From NCBI GenBank assembly GCA_965644295.1, contig CBFFRP010000190.1, forward strand, positions 1-64,000: a stretch of DNA of 64,000 nucleotides, written 5' to 3'. Source of the DNA: Paraphysomonas bandaiensis. Taxonomy: Eukaryota > Protista > Chrysophyceae. Shown one piece after another: positions 11,335 through 24,729 of the stretch (position 1 is its first letter; every line of letters begins with the position of its first letter). The notes under the pieces were generated by a model, which was given only the letters and a program-made list of their open reading frames with translations, searched no databases and was not told the DNA's origin. The translations under genes and the position numbers were made by a program.

Positions 11335-11986
11335 AATATATATAGTATGTAGTGGGTAGATTTTTTTGTGTCATTGAACAATTGAAAAAGGAAGATGTGA
11401 TGTAATGTGTTGTTTGGACATTATCAGAATTTCACTATCTGCCTACTGAAACCTTATCCTGTGCGTTGTAATACTTAGGTGTGTGGAAACTATCGAAGAT
11501 GTGTGGAAACTATCGAAGAGAAAGCCCCCATTGCCTCCCCCTTGTGTTTTTTTACCTTTTTTGGGTTAAACTTTATTTCGTATAGTGCACTAAACTGCCT
11601 CGCAAAACCCTTGCTTGTGTACTATGGTAATATTACCTCTATATATGTATCCACATCATAGGCAGGTTTCAAAAATGATAATGGTAATTATAATTACTAT
11701 TGGTAAATGTTGCCACCTAGTTCAAATAGTTGACTGGCTTAACGAAGAGCATCTAAAGTTGTGTAGCTACTGATCAAAGGTACAAACTCATTATCTGTTA
11801 GCATATGGCTCATAGGGAGCCAATATCTTCTAAGCAGTGGCAGTGTTTATTAAATATTCGTTGCCATTGCCAATGACTCCGATACCAGTGCATATTGCCT
11901 ATGCCTCGCCAAAATTTCTAAGCACTGAACTCGACGACATAAATATGCAATGTGCAAAATCTCCATCGCATTTTCAAGACTATCAT

Positions 11987-13150
11987 TTACTTGGAGGAAA
12001 ACGATCGCATCTGTACATACGTATAAAGTCCTGACCCAAATAACACCAGGAATATTCCCAGTAGTCCGTTTACAGTGTACTCGTTGCCCCATATGTAGAA
12101 AGCCAGAAGACTCTAGAATCAGATGTGATATAATTGAAGTGACTAATGTAAACAGGAAAAGTACCTGAGCGGCTGCTTTCGCGGTACCGGATATATTGTG
12201 AGTAAGAGGGCTAGTGGCCTTAACTTGCATGACAGTCACCAAACCTATAGCGAATCCCATAAAGCCGGTAATAGTCATCACCAACCAGAAGAACAACGAA
12301 AAAAGTTTGTCGGAATTGGCCATGATAACCTGCACATGAAAGACAACATATTTAAAATACTCAATAATAACATGTACACACATACCTCGCTCTCAAAAAC
12401 AATAATTAAAGGTAAAAATAGGATGCCAGCGTTAATGTTGTTGTAATATAGAAGCAAGGATTTGTCATCGTTGACCTTGGGGAGGACTTTAGCAGTGAAT
12501 ATAGAGTTCAGAGACACGAAAACAGAGGAGGTAACTCCAGCAAGGGTACCCAACAAGGAAAAATTAATTTCCCCTTCTATGCCTAAGTAGAACCCAAACA
12601 TTACAACAATTAGGGTGGAGCAAGTCATCAGCGAAGTCGGCTTGCCCAGCACAATGTAGGTGAAGATCACGTTGAAGACTATGGATAGTGAGCGGGCAAC
12701 TGAACAGCATAACTACATGAGGAACAAAGGTGCAGAAAAAACGCTTACCATTGTAAAATGACACCTCCACATATTTTAAGCAAATATTGTTAAAGGTTAT
12801 CATTCCGACGAAAACTACCGAGAGCGGTAACACGCCCAAGCCAGACGTAAAGTTGTACTTAACCATGGGATAGCTATCAAAAAATGATCCCCCACCGGAC
12901 TTACGTGATCTTTCGCCAACGACACCAAAAACGTAGCATATAGCAGCAGTGATGATGCACTGCGGGTCATTAGTATTAATAATGGTCATGTAGAGGATCA
13001 CGTAACCCTTACCTGATACCACGTAACAAATAGAGGAGCAGGTATAGATGCATCTTCATTAGAAAGTAAAACTTTGTTTAGATACACCATACTGATGGAT
13101 ACCACCCAATAGAGGGCTATAACCTGGATAACATACATAGTGTCACTCAT
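11987..13150 (-). CDS. GDP-fucose transporter (SLC35C1/FUCT1-like), multi-exon
   Basis: [69 protein letters not shown]. Short GT-AG introns (e.g. 12960-13012). Stop at 11987-11989. Confidence 0.9.
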
Positions 13151-13942
13151 TGTGCTATAAGGGGCTATATGTTGATTAATAGAAGGAAAATAGAGCGAAA
13201 ATATTCCCACTGATTCCAAACAATGCTTTCACAATTGGGTCCTTTACTATCGTGGGGTGGGATTATATGAATATAGTCACAGTGGATGAGTGCATTGAAC
13301 ACCTCTAGACATCATAGTCATGTACACGCACAACTCCTGCTGCTCCTATACGGTATACGGTATACGGTATACGGTATACGGGGTATAAAGTACAAGAGTA
13401 GCCCAGCGCATTGTGTATTTTTGTTCAAAAATGCCTCAAATATTATCTGCTGTATTCCAGCCGTACATGTAGTTGTATCTCAGTAATATATACGAAATAC
13501 AGCACTTTTTTTTTGTTTATCGCAAAAAAAGAGAACTTTTTTAATAAACGGCTTTTTTTACAGCCCTTCACAAGCAATATACAGTACACAGTACAGGATG
13601 AGGATATCTAGATATGTAGATATGTATCATGTAGGATATGATCACATGAACCTGGACACATCCATATATTAAACTGGCTGATTATTGTTGACTACATGCT
13701 GTCTTCTATATGAAATTTCATGCATATTTGCATTAGTTAGAGAATGTGAAATTAATCTAATCTAATGCTAAAGTACTATGAATAGTAAAAAGACTCGGAG
13801 CTTCCCACAAGTGGAACGCCTCACAGTTGGCTGTTGTTTGACTGCTGCCTCTTTGATGAATCTCTGACTGCTTTGACAATTGACCTCATTATATGTTGAT
13901 GACATATAAGAGGAGCAGCAAACGAGTTTATAGTCAACAGAG

Positions 13943-15547
13943 ATGACAGAGATATCATCAACATCTGATTTCGGCATACCAACTCAATTAATTTATCCTT
14001 CTCGTTGTAACGATTTACCTGGTTTTCTGTCTGAATTGCTGAAGAAGGGACAGATTCAACATCAAATATCGATAAAACATAATCAGATTATCAAGGATGA
14101 GTTGGAAATAATCCGAAAACAAATTGAAGAGAAAGTATCAGTGGACGGTGCTTTCTTGAATACATCTGAGTCTGCAAGGAACCTTCTTTTCTGATTTGAA
14201 GAATTATGGAGACAACATATTGGAAAATACAAATGAAGCCATTCTTAATAATAGTAATGATTCTGCTGGTTTTCGAAAATTAAATTTTAGTTCATCTCAA
14301 CTAAAAGACCTGATCTTACTCTTCGACCACCTCTTGACAACGAAGTGGGAAGTGCGATTGATTTGAAAAATATTGGAGTGACACTGCTGTTGATACCGAC
14401 TATTTTCTTGGGCTGTTATTTCGTTATGTTGATTTGAAAAATCTGAAACTAAAGTCATAAATTTCGTTAACCAAGCGCTTTACTATGCGAGATGTACATG
14501 TTTGTGTTGTTCCGGAAGAAGGTTTTTTGTGACTGCGTACAACATCAGAACTGTCGTATTTGCGCTGTACTTCTGGCTGAAAATGGTACAGAGAAATTTA
14601 TCCACTCCAAAGTGTTTTGTGGAGAGGAAGCAAGTGCTCAAAGAGTGTTTTTCTAACATGTGATCGAACTCATTTAAGATTTGTACCATTCTTACCTCTT
14701 CAAATATGTACCCCTCTCAAGCCACTAGGAAGGGGCTCTACTGCAACTTGCCTGTCGGTGAACTTCAATGAAACAAGAATAGATTTAAAAATTTCAAGAG
14801 ATTATGAAGCGTTGTTAACAGATCGAAAAATTCTGTCTTACTTATAAACAAGGGGAAAGTCGATTGAAAACCCAACAGTTTCCCACATGGTAGGTAGTCT
14901 CCAGCAACATTTTCCCGACAGTGAGTTCCTCTTTTGTAATGCATTATCAATTGTATTTTCCCTATTTAACATGAACAATTTGAAGATGAGTCATCTGCGT
15001 GCGACATGGTCAATGTTAAGGTCTGTGCATGAGCTTGGGGTCTGCCACCGCGATTGCGTGTTTCGAATATCGGGTATTGTCAGCCAGACACTAATCACAA
15101 CGTGGTGTATTTATTGGACTGGAGTTCAGCCAAGCCAATCCGAGATATTGGTGTCTCAATTTTACCAGAAGGATATCGTCAAGGAAGTTCATGCAATGCG
15201 CCGACTGATATTCCGGAGCGGATGATTGTCGATGAAAGGGGTTATGACTGCTTTCCTGCAGACGAAGGAATATCCATGATCTATCTGGCGTATCAGTGGT
15301 TAAGAAATGATAAGGAGTTAGTGATACTACGACCTCCAGCAATTGTGAAGAAATATGGGACGAAGAACTCCTACTAGAAGCTGTTGGACAGTATATTGGG
15401 GAGCTGAGAACGCCAACTGCTAAGTGGGATCCCAGCACTTATAAACAATTGTGTACTTCGAGCTCTACGGTCGATTGACGAAATGAAAACCAAACCTTCT
15501 GATTCTTTAGGGCTAGAATCGCTCTCTTTGAACGAAGACGGTAATTA
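13943..15547 (+). pseudogene. Disrupted Crinkler/CR-effector-like PD-(D/E)xK nuclease + protein kinase gene
   Basis: TKRPDLTL...AIDLK (~14300-14368), LGRGSTA, DLKIS, HELGVCHRD/RVSNI, VYLLDWSSA, spread across several frames with stops and frameshifts. Confidence 0.7.
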
Positions 15548-16919
15548 GTTGGATAGTATTGGTGGTTTAACGTCATGCTCGAAATTGGTTTCACAAATCT
15601 CACTTAGCACAACTTATGATAAAACACCACAAGCAAACTAAACTATTACTATTACTCTGATATCACAATATGTCACTTTATTGAAATCAACATATAGATG
15701 ACTTTAGAGAATGAATAATTGGCTTCGGTAATCTGGTTATTAATTTATTTTCCCCTCTACTTGTTGGCTTTTGAACATGTAGCTTGTTTAGATCGTTAAA
15801 GAAAGTAATGTCGTTAGACTAGATAAATGATATTATTGCATAGGAAATAATTTATTGTCATGGAAATCATCATATCAACAACAAAATTTTATACTTCTTT
15901 TATGTCAATCTCTGATCTACTTCCATATCTTGAATCTGTTGAGTTTTGCTGTTTGAGAGCAATTAAAAGCTGTAGTTCAAAAGTATTTGAATTATGATTA
16001 ATACAGAAGTGGTTTGCTATATTATGAGAACTACGAGAAGTATTTAAGGAACAAGCTGTTACTGACGTGTGACTTTATCGACATATATGATAAACAGATG
16101 TTTCAGCAGATGTAACATGAATATGTAGTGAAGTGTTTAGATTAGTAATTTCAATTTCTTACTTGAAAGTGAATATTGTTCAACAAAGCAAAATTAAAGT
16201 TTACATGCAGAGCAAAGTTAACTGCAGTGAAATGTCCAGTGCTAACACTCCGCATAATTATCAAAATGATCATGTCTACAATCGCAGTTGCATGAAATGT
16301 GAACAGGGTGGTTCAGTATCAGATTTGTTGAGGTTGTGTGAATGGTGAATACGGGTATGAGTAATGTGTGGATGAGAGTATATCCCCTCTAGATCAGGAA
16401 TACTATCTATTATCATGAGCTTGAGGATGCAGGAGTCAAAAGTGACCCGCTGGCCTGAACTGCTCCCGTGTGAAGCCATCTATAATAACCACAGGTGTTA
16501 CTAAAATCCCATTAGTCGTGACGACGAGATGGGAGGATCTACATCGACGCCGGCTTCGGGGGGCACGCCAATACGGCTACGGCGCTACGGCGGATGTGAT
16601 TCATAAGGAATGTCGCACCTTCTTAAAATATGAATGTGGGGCGATGTAGCTTCCCTAGAACCCGATTTATAATTCTAACTTCAAACACTTACAATTGGTT
16701 ATGCGTCAACTCAACATATGTATACGTAGTACACATATAATTAGAACCGTGAATAGAAACAATGTATTGCAATACTACAGAAAATAATTCAACATACAAT
16801 CGAAGTATATACTACCGCAAAATTAATTTCCCTATTAAAGTATAGTTTAATTCACAGAAATAAAGTCCAATAATAACTCCAATAATTAACTTAATCCAGT
16901 GACTCCTCATTTAGTAAAA

Positions 16920-17603
16920 TCAAATCAGTGCCAATTGTGACATTCCCTTCCGATAAACATCAATTGTATCAGACAAATCTTCACCTTCAACTTCGAATTC
17001 TTCCTGTACTTTTTCGTCCGACTCAAAAGGGGATTTGCTGTTGTCATTCGAAACCTCCGTCCCCGTAGAGCTTCGATCCATCGCATCATCATCCCCGAAA
17101 TAATCATCTGCCCGTACCAATTCGTCGGGATCAGCAACACACCCCACTATACTTGTCTCAGTTCCACGAGTGGCTTTAGTTACCGGCTTTCCGTGTCCTT
17201 TATATGTTAGAGACCAAAGCTGGTATTTAACAATTATGTACGAAACCCCAATAAGATTGTATACGCTACACACAATAAAAAACAACCGGACGTAAATGAA
17301 TTTATATGAAAATTCATCGACTATGACATAATAAATATCCCCAAGAATTAAACAAACTTCCATTAGCCACAATATCTGACAATCCTCATGGAGGAAGCTA
17401 AATCTATCCTTGTGGATTGCAGAAAGCGTCTTGAACGATATGAACGCATTAAGAAATGTCAAAGAAAGATGGTTTACACGAGTTGGTATTAAATGTAGTG
17501 CTTCAAACACCACATCAAGTAAGAACTGAATCAGCGCATTTACTGACATAGAAATTGCAAGTCGTTGTTCATTTTCAGTGTGTCTTGGTCGGTATCTCCC
17601 CAT
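16920..17603 (-). CDS. Hypothetical multi-pass membrane protein with an acidic C-terminal tail (~227 aa)
   Basis: Single-exon ORF from ATG at 17603; about four hydrophobic segments; no recognised family. Confidence 0.7.
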   Translation of the reverse strand: MGRYRPRHTENEQRLAISMSVNALIQFLLDVVFEALHLIPTRVNHLSLTFLNAFISFKTLSAIHKDRFSFLHEDCQILWLMEVCLILGDIYYVIVDEFSYKFIYVRLFFIVCSVYNLIGVSYIIVKYQLWSLTYKGHGKPVTKATRGTETSIVGCVADPDELVRADDYFGDDDAMDRSSTGTEVSNDNSKSPFESDEKVQEEFEVEGEDLSDTIDVYRKGMSQLALI

Positions 17604-19059
17604 TCCACAATTCAAAATAATGTCAATAAACACTAACAGATATCTGCAATCACTCAAGACACTACACTACAACACACACGATGATCTGAAGGTAATCTAG
17701 AAGTACCTCCCTCACTTGAGTGATTTCTGAAAGCTTTCGATTACGTTTTTCGGACACTTCAACATTCGACTGTGTTCTAGATACCAAATTTTGGTGAAGG
17801 ATATGCGGTGCTGACATGTTTGGATATCAAGAAAATCTAGAATGGAAAAAAACGCCCACTGACGTCTATTTTTAAGGTTCAAAACTGATTTTCGTCATTT
17901 TTCTAATTCTACGCATATAAAAATAGCACATATCTAGAGATGTATTCCATTCTATATACTGCTGTATACTGCCATACATATCCTGCAGCTGAAATTAAGG
18001 AGGATATGAGCGAGCCGATGCCTCTGATGGGATTATGATGAAGGAGCGAATACCTCAGCGATGGCACTCAGTATGCGTCGTAAATTATTTTATTAAGGGC
18101 TTGTGTGTTCCCTATAGGTAAGGGGTGGATGTAAACATCGATATCTTCATACTTTTTATTGGCTGATGTTGAGTCTAGCCATGCATTACCCAACCACGTT
18201 ACAATGAAGTATGCCTTAAATTAGTAATACAAAAGATGGACTCTCCGTTAGAGCTATTCATATATTATCCCCATTTTGACTAAAAGAAATTGTGTTTTGG
18301 CCTGAATTGGGTTCAACAAAACGCTCATGTTAGCACCGGTCTAACATAGACATCCAACATCAAGATTTCGCTTCAACAAAAACTCGCTTCTGTCTTAATC
18401 ATGATATTGACAGTCATTTGTATGTGATTTATTTATATTACAAATTATGGAGAAACATGACTCAACTATCGAAATCAGATTCAACACTCCATGTTATTTT
18501 CCACCCTTTGTCTGATGTAGTAGATCAGAATGATATCAGGGGAAGCGATCTATCTTCATCTCTAGAACTTCGAAATAATACTTCAAGAATTCGTATGCTA
18601 CATCTGAAGATGATTCGGAGCAATGTCACCTAGGCCTCTATGGTTCGTGCTTATAAGGGTTGTGTGCGTCATATCATACTATAACATTCGAGTCAGATGC
18701 ACTAGAATTGTTCATAAATGTGATGCTGATGTCGATGACAACAAGAGGCCCCGTGCAACCACAATATTTCTCTTTCATCATCACATTTACACCACGCAGT
18801 TTTCTATTGCCATAGCATTCTTCTGTGGTAGGAGTACTTTGTAATTTGTTGTAGCTATTATACTCGGGGGTATACTGGCTTGAGTTATTCTAGTCTTTAC
18901 GTAGCTGCCGATAATTTGAAACAATACTTGGTTTTCACTTGCTTTCCTAATGTTAATCATTGATAACATATACTGAATGACATAGCTATACTGAATAATG
19001 ATGCCACCATAGTATTATTGTTGAGTCGCTCGGTTTTAAAATTTATCAATATTATTGAT

Positions 19060-19106
19060 GAAACGCTACCTAACAGTAGTATTGCAATATATTGTTCCCT
19101 AGTTCT
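19060..19106. mobile_element. Terminal fragment of the hAT family (degenerate TIR)
   Basis: AGTATTGCAATATATTGTTCCCTAG is the reverse complement of CTAGGGAACAATATATTGCAATACT at ~43152-43176. Confidence 0.7.
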
Positions 19107-19261
19107 CAACTAATTCGGACTCGCGCCTTTTTCGTGGTGTTCTGGGAGATAAATACTGGAGATATTGTTCGAGGAAACTAACATGAGCCGCACATATAGT
19201 CAGCAGATATTGTTCTGCCCTCATATGTGCAGAACTCATAGCCTAGTGCTTGTGTGGTACA
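19105..19261. repeat. Dispersed repeat X copy 2, left part (continues at 24730-25045 after copia B)
   Basis: Colinear with 5565-5707. Confidence 0.85.
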
Positions 19262-22200
19262 TGTTAACAATGGACATTTCACTGAAGTTAACTTTGCTCT
19301 ACGCGTAAACCGTAACCTTGCTGTTGAACACAATGCACTTTCAAGTAAGAAATTATAATTATTATTCTGAACACTTCACTACATATTCGTGTAACATATG
19401 TTGAAACATCTGTTCCCAGCAACACCTGTTTATCATATGTTCATCAGTCAGTTCTATATCTTGTATAGTCACACATCAGTAACTGAATTTAATTCCTTTG
19501 TAACTATAATCACCCGTTACACCTATGAGTTGACTTTATACCTATTGCACACTGTTAACTCACTTCAATTGCACAATATATATCACATCATATTGCAGAA
19601 CTCAACACTCCCACTCAATTGGATGTATTTAACCATTCTAAAATTTGTGAAGAACATTGCTATCGGATACGCAACCACCGAACCTCATAGGACACTGGTG
19701 GACGTATGACTCCGCTAGTATATAGCTAGCTCCCACCATTCATTCACACCTAACTAGTTACGACGAGCTCTCTTTACCTTGGGTACCTCTGCGATAATTT
19801 GTTCAGTAGTCTTAAATTTTCCCCAAGATTTCGCTCCCTCTGTTCAATGAATATTGGACCACACAAATCCTTGGTATAAATATCAGCAATCTGTTGTCGA
19901 CTGCTCACATGAATTAATTTCACTGTATTAAACTGTTCGGGATCTACATGCTCTCTAATCATATGATACTTAATCTCAATATGTTGTTTCGATCGTTGAT
20001 GTTGCACTGGATTTTCGGATATATCCTGAGCACTTTGTTGACTATCCAGGAATAATGGTGTGGGCTCGTCAATTTTCAACCCTACTTCTCTAGTCACCCC
20101 CCGAGACCATATCATTTCCTGTAATCCGTTATATAAGCATTGATACTCTGCTTTCATAGTCGATGTAGCTACAGTAGACTGAAGTTTAGAACCCCACGAT
20201 AGTGGTCCACCAGCTCCAAACATATTATATCCTGAAGTCGACCTCCTCGTCAACGGATTGCCTGCCCAGTCAGCATCAGTGAACATATAAAGATCAAAAT
20301 CTCTCCCTCTATAATGAATACCTTTATCTGTAGTACCTCGTACATACTGCATTAAATACATCATGAGCTTACATACAGTGATATTAACTTTCGTAGAGAA
20401 TCGTGACAATACTCCCACTGTATATGAGATATCCGGCCTTGTATTCATAGATAAATAAAGTAACGCTCCTATTAGTGGACGATGGGGAAAATTGTCAACT
20501 AATTCCTGCTCTTCAGTCGAATGCACATGTTCCACTCCCACTTTGATCCTATCCATGACATCACTATGTAGTGGGTATCGCCGAGTCTTGTCCCTTGGAC
20601 CCAGAAAATCCACATACTTCGCCAATATCTTTTTGATGTACACTGTCTGGTCAAGTTTGAGACAATTCTGAGTTCTCGTCACTCTCACGTTCTAAAACTG
20701 GCCAATCTCATTCATATCTGTAATATCGAACCTTTCACATACTCGTCGCTTAATTTCCAAAATAATACTCGTATCTCGACATGCTATCAGCATATCATCT
20801 ACATATATTACTAACAGAAGTAATTCACCCCTGATCCGTGTAAAATATAAACATGGGTCAAGTATACATGATATAAAATGCAAGGACTTAATAAACTTGT
20901 TAAGACATTTATACCATGACCGTGGTGAGCTTCGAAGACCATATAAACTTTTCTTCAGTTTAAAGCAGTGTCCTGGTGGCAATTTAAAATCTGGTGTAGC
21001 ATACATATACACATCTCCTTGTATATCTGCATACAAAAATGCATTAGATACGTCGAGTTGATGCACCACCATATTCATAACAAAAGCGATTGCTAAAAGC
21101 AATCTCACTGTTACCGCTTTTACCACTGGAGCATAATTGTTGGCTCTGCCACCTTCATGGTCTCCGCATCCAAGTACCACAAGTCTTGCCTTATATCGTT
21201 GAATCGCACCCTCTTTGTTGCGTTTCAAGGCGAAAACATACTTAGATTTCAATGGAGTGACACCGGTAGGGATGGGCGTAACTTCCATGACTCCCCTACG
21301 TTCTAAACCGTCACGTTCAGCTTGTCTTGCTGAACTCCATTGCTTCCGTTCCGGCAACTCCAAGGATTCGGAATATGTCTGAGGCACCTTAGGTCCCGCT
21401 GACGAGCACCAGATGGAATCTGCCTCCTGTAATAGGCTGCACTCGTCTTCGACACATGACGACAATAAATGCATCTCACCCAAAACTGACACATTCGTCA
21501 CCACCCTTGGAGCCCTTGCACGCCTGCCCCTTGATGAGCGATCTGATGGAGCTTCCTCTCCCGGAGCACCTACGAAGTCAGAAGGGGATGGAACCGTCCC
21601 AGTCAACTGCTGTGATAAATGTCCGCTGGTCCCGTCGTCACGAGATCCAGAACTTGCAGATGCTCTTGTTGCAAGGTCTTCACTCATCCGCTTTATATCG
21701 GCGATGTGAATAGGAGTCTTATCTTCCACTTGCTCCGCACCACCAGACAATAGGGATCTATACCCTACAATCAAACCTTTTCGAACCAATATTCGTGTGG
21801 TCTTGTATAGGTGGCCGCCATCTTCATGGGTCTTTCCGATTAAGTAATCGAAGTCTCTAATATTTCGTTCCTGAGGATCCACAGCAACCATGGCCTCGTC
21901 CATTTCTCGATAATAATCCGCCGATCTCTCAGGCACAGATTCATCGAATAAAACATGCACAGACGTAACTATAGTATCTCCAATCAATACTTGGTATCCC
22001 ATTTGCTCCTCTGGGAACCCTACAAAGTATCCAGTCTGTGCCTTTTCTTCCCAGTCTTTCCTGCGATCTGCCTTCGGAATGAGAACGTACGCCTTGCACC
22101 CCCATTTCCGTAACCAAGAAAAATCTGGCACCGTTCCTCCAGGAACACACTCGTAGGGTGACATCCACCCTCTATAGGTCTTTGTGGGTAATCTTCTAAG

Positions 22201-24724
22201 AACCCAGCATGCATGTCTAAAGGCTTTCCACCACTCCGCTTTTGGCATACCCGATGACAATAAAAGCGATAATGTCATTTCTCCTAGTGTCCTGAATTTC
22301 CGTTCTGAAACACCGTTTAATTCTGGTGTCTCCCTAGTAGTGTAGGAGAATGTGGTTCCAAATTTTTGTAACAAGTATTCTTTGATTCGCCTGTCCATCA
22401 ACTCTGGTCCACCATCAGCATGGTACTGCTGTATCCTGTTCCACCCTGGGTATTTTGGTAGCCTGACTTCACAGAGATGCTTCACGCATTTTAACACTTC
22501 ATCCCCAGTTCTCGTTCGTAGACCGTATTCCCAGAATTCTTTCGTAGCCGTATCTACAAATACAAGTGCGTACTTATACCCCTCCACAGATGGACAATTC
22601 ATATAAACCGAAATATCCACTGTAATACGCTCCAGGAATGCTGTCGCCTTCATCTCTACATTCTGGTCACTTTGTCCTCGAAATGCATGTCTAGTGATCT
22701 TCGCCTTAGCACACCACTTGCACAAACTGGTCTCACACTTCTTTTTGGTAGTCTTAGATAAATGATGTCGCTGTAGCCCTGTTCCCTTGATCAGCATATG
22801 TCTATGAGCCTCCAATAGTTTTCCCTTAGCAACATGACCGGCCCTTTCGTGCAGTAAATCGAGGGGGTCCTGCTGAACTGTATCGGACAGCATCACTTCA
22901 CTGCTTCCCCCCCCCATTACATAATGGCAGGACGATATGCAAGGTAAATTTAACACATCATGCAATGCCACCCATGGCATTCCTCCATGCTCATCGTAAT
23001 TTCCAACCAACACCTCTCTGCCAGTGTTCAATTCTACGATTTTTGGTACTCTCAGTAATTCGAGTCCATACCCCATAGCCCGCAGCATACCTCCAGAGAC
23101 AATATTCTTCACTGCATCGTTACATACTTTGATGCCGTGCCACTGCTGAAAACTTCCCACTCCTTGGGTCTCCATCGCCGATCCCTTTTTGGTCAGTGAT
23201 ATTACTCCCGGCTCTTCTACATACTTCTCCAGCACTCTATCATCCTTGACGATAAACAACTGCTTTCCAGCACAACTATCCAGGTACACTCATTCATCTC
23301 CAGTTTCAGTCAGAAGTACTTCACCACCTATCATGTTGGTCTCCTCTCCAGATGAAACGTCATCATCTACATATTTGGACCACCCCACTGATGAACTCTT
23401 CTTAACCTTCTTGGAGCCTTTTTTCTCATATTTTCTATCGATCTTCCTCTTGTTCCCTCTTTTGCACTCAGCAGCCTTGTGTTCTTTGCTACCACAATGA
23501 AAACACCCTGTATATGCTTCTGAACCCACTTGTTGCGCTCCTTTCCTCATATTCTTTGCTTTAGCCTTCCCATTTCGCTTGAACTTCTGGAAAATTTTAT
23601 TTTTGTGTTTGACACGACACACACTTGCAGTATGCCCTTTTTTCATACAGAATGAGCATTTGACATTCTCCACACCTCCTTGTGGTCCGAGCATATTGAC
23701 CTGTTTTCCTTGTTTGTCAATTTCGAACTCCTCCAGTTGTCGTTTAGCCTCATCAAATTCTTCGCACGCGTCTTTAACTATCTGATACGTGGTCGTTGCT
23801 TTAGGCAGCATTGCAATAGCTAACCACAACTCCTTCAGCTCTGGAGTATGTATGGACTTTTTGATCTTGGCGAGCTTGCTCTCCTCGGTTGGCGGCTGTC
23901 CCAACTTTGTTAATTTCTGAATTATCCCATTCAGCCTATCAATACCAATAGCGACCTTTTCATTGGCTCTAATTTTAAAGCTATGGTATTCCGCTGTAGT
24001 CTTCTCAAGTACATTTCCCAACTCCCCCCTAAACCTATCCACCAGCGTCTGAAGCATTTCATTGGACAAAACTTCCTTATTGGGATCATCATCTGGAAGT
24101 AACGCCTTCGCCTCCATGTATTGATTGGCAACCTCCAATACATCTGCGTCATGTTCACAAGCCTCCCAAATCGTTGCAACACACGTGTCATTTCGCTCAT
24201 GCCATAATTCTCGTGCTCTGCCTCCTCCAACAGGTTTCGGCTCTAACCCCAGATGGTTCCGATTTTTCTTCATCAGATGAATCCTTATTTTTTTGAGCAG
24301 ACGCCTCCGCCTGATACTTGTCGAACTTCAGCACCTTGTTGTCCTCCTTCGTCTCTTCAGTGCTACCACTCGCTACCATGTTAACAATGGACATTTCACT
24401 GAAGTTAACTTTGCTCTACGCGTAAACCGTAACCTTGCTGTTGAACACAATGCACTTTCAAGTAAGAAATTATAATTATTATTCTGAACACTTCACTACA
24501 TATTCGTGTAACATATGTTGAAACATCTGTTCCCAGCAACACCTGTTTATCATATGTTCATCAGTCAGTTCTATATCTTGTATAGTCACACATCAGTAAC
24601 TGAATTTAATTCCTTTGTAACTATAATCACCCGTTACACCTATGAGTTGACTTTATACCTATTGCACACTGTTAACTCACTTCAATTGCACAATATATAT
24701 CACATCATATTGCAGAACTCAACA
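19262..24724 (-). mobile_element. Ty1/copia LTR retrotransposon, family B (full length, defective ORF)
   Basis: Apparently identical 346-bp TG..CA LTRs (19262-19607, 24379-24724). TSD GTACA (19257-19261, 24725-24729). PPT GAGTGGGAG at 19608-19616. PBS TGGTAGCGAGTG at 24367-24378. Confidence 0.97.
19754..24394 (-). pseudogene. Copia Gag-Pol of family B with two in-frame stops and two homopolymer frameshifts
   Basis: Colinear with the family A polyprotein. Extra A at 24288-24294, TGA at 23290-23292, TAG at 20692-20694, missing A at 19817-19820. Confidence 0.9.
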
Positions 24725-24729
24725 GTACA

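Noticed and set aside
11481-13387. 20-bp duplication at 11481-11520 and (TATACGG)n at ~13347-13380
   Set aside because: Ordinary short slippage repeats with no further structure.
19398-19709. Duplicated ORF MLKHLFP... (also at 24515)
   Set aside because: Antisense reading of the family B LTR.
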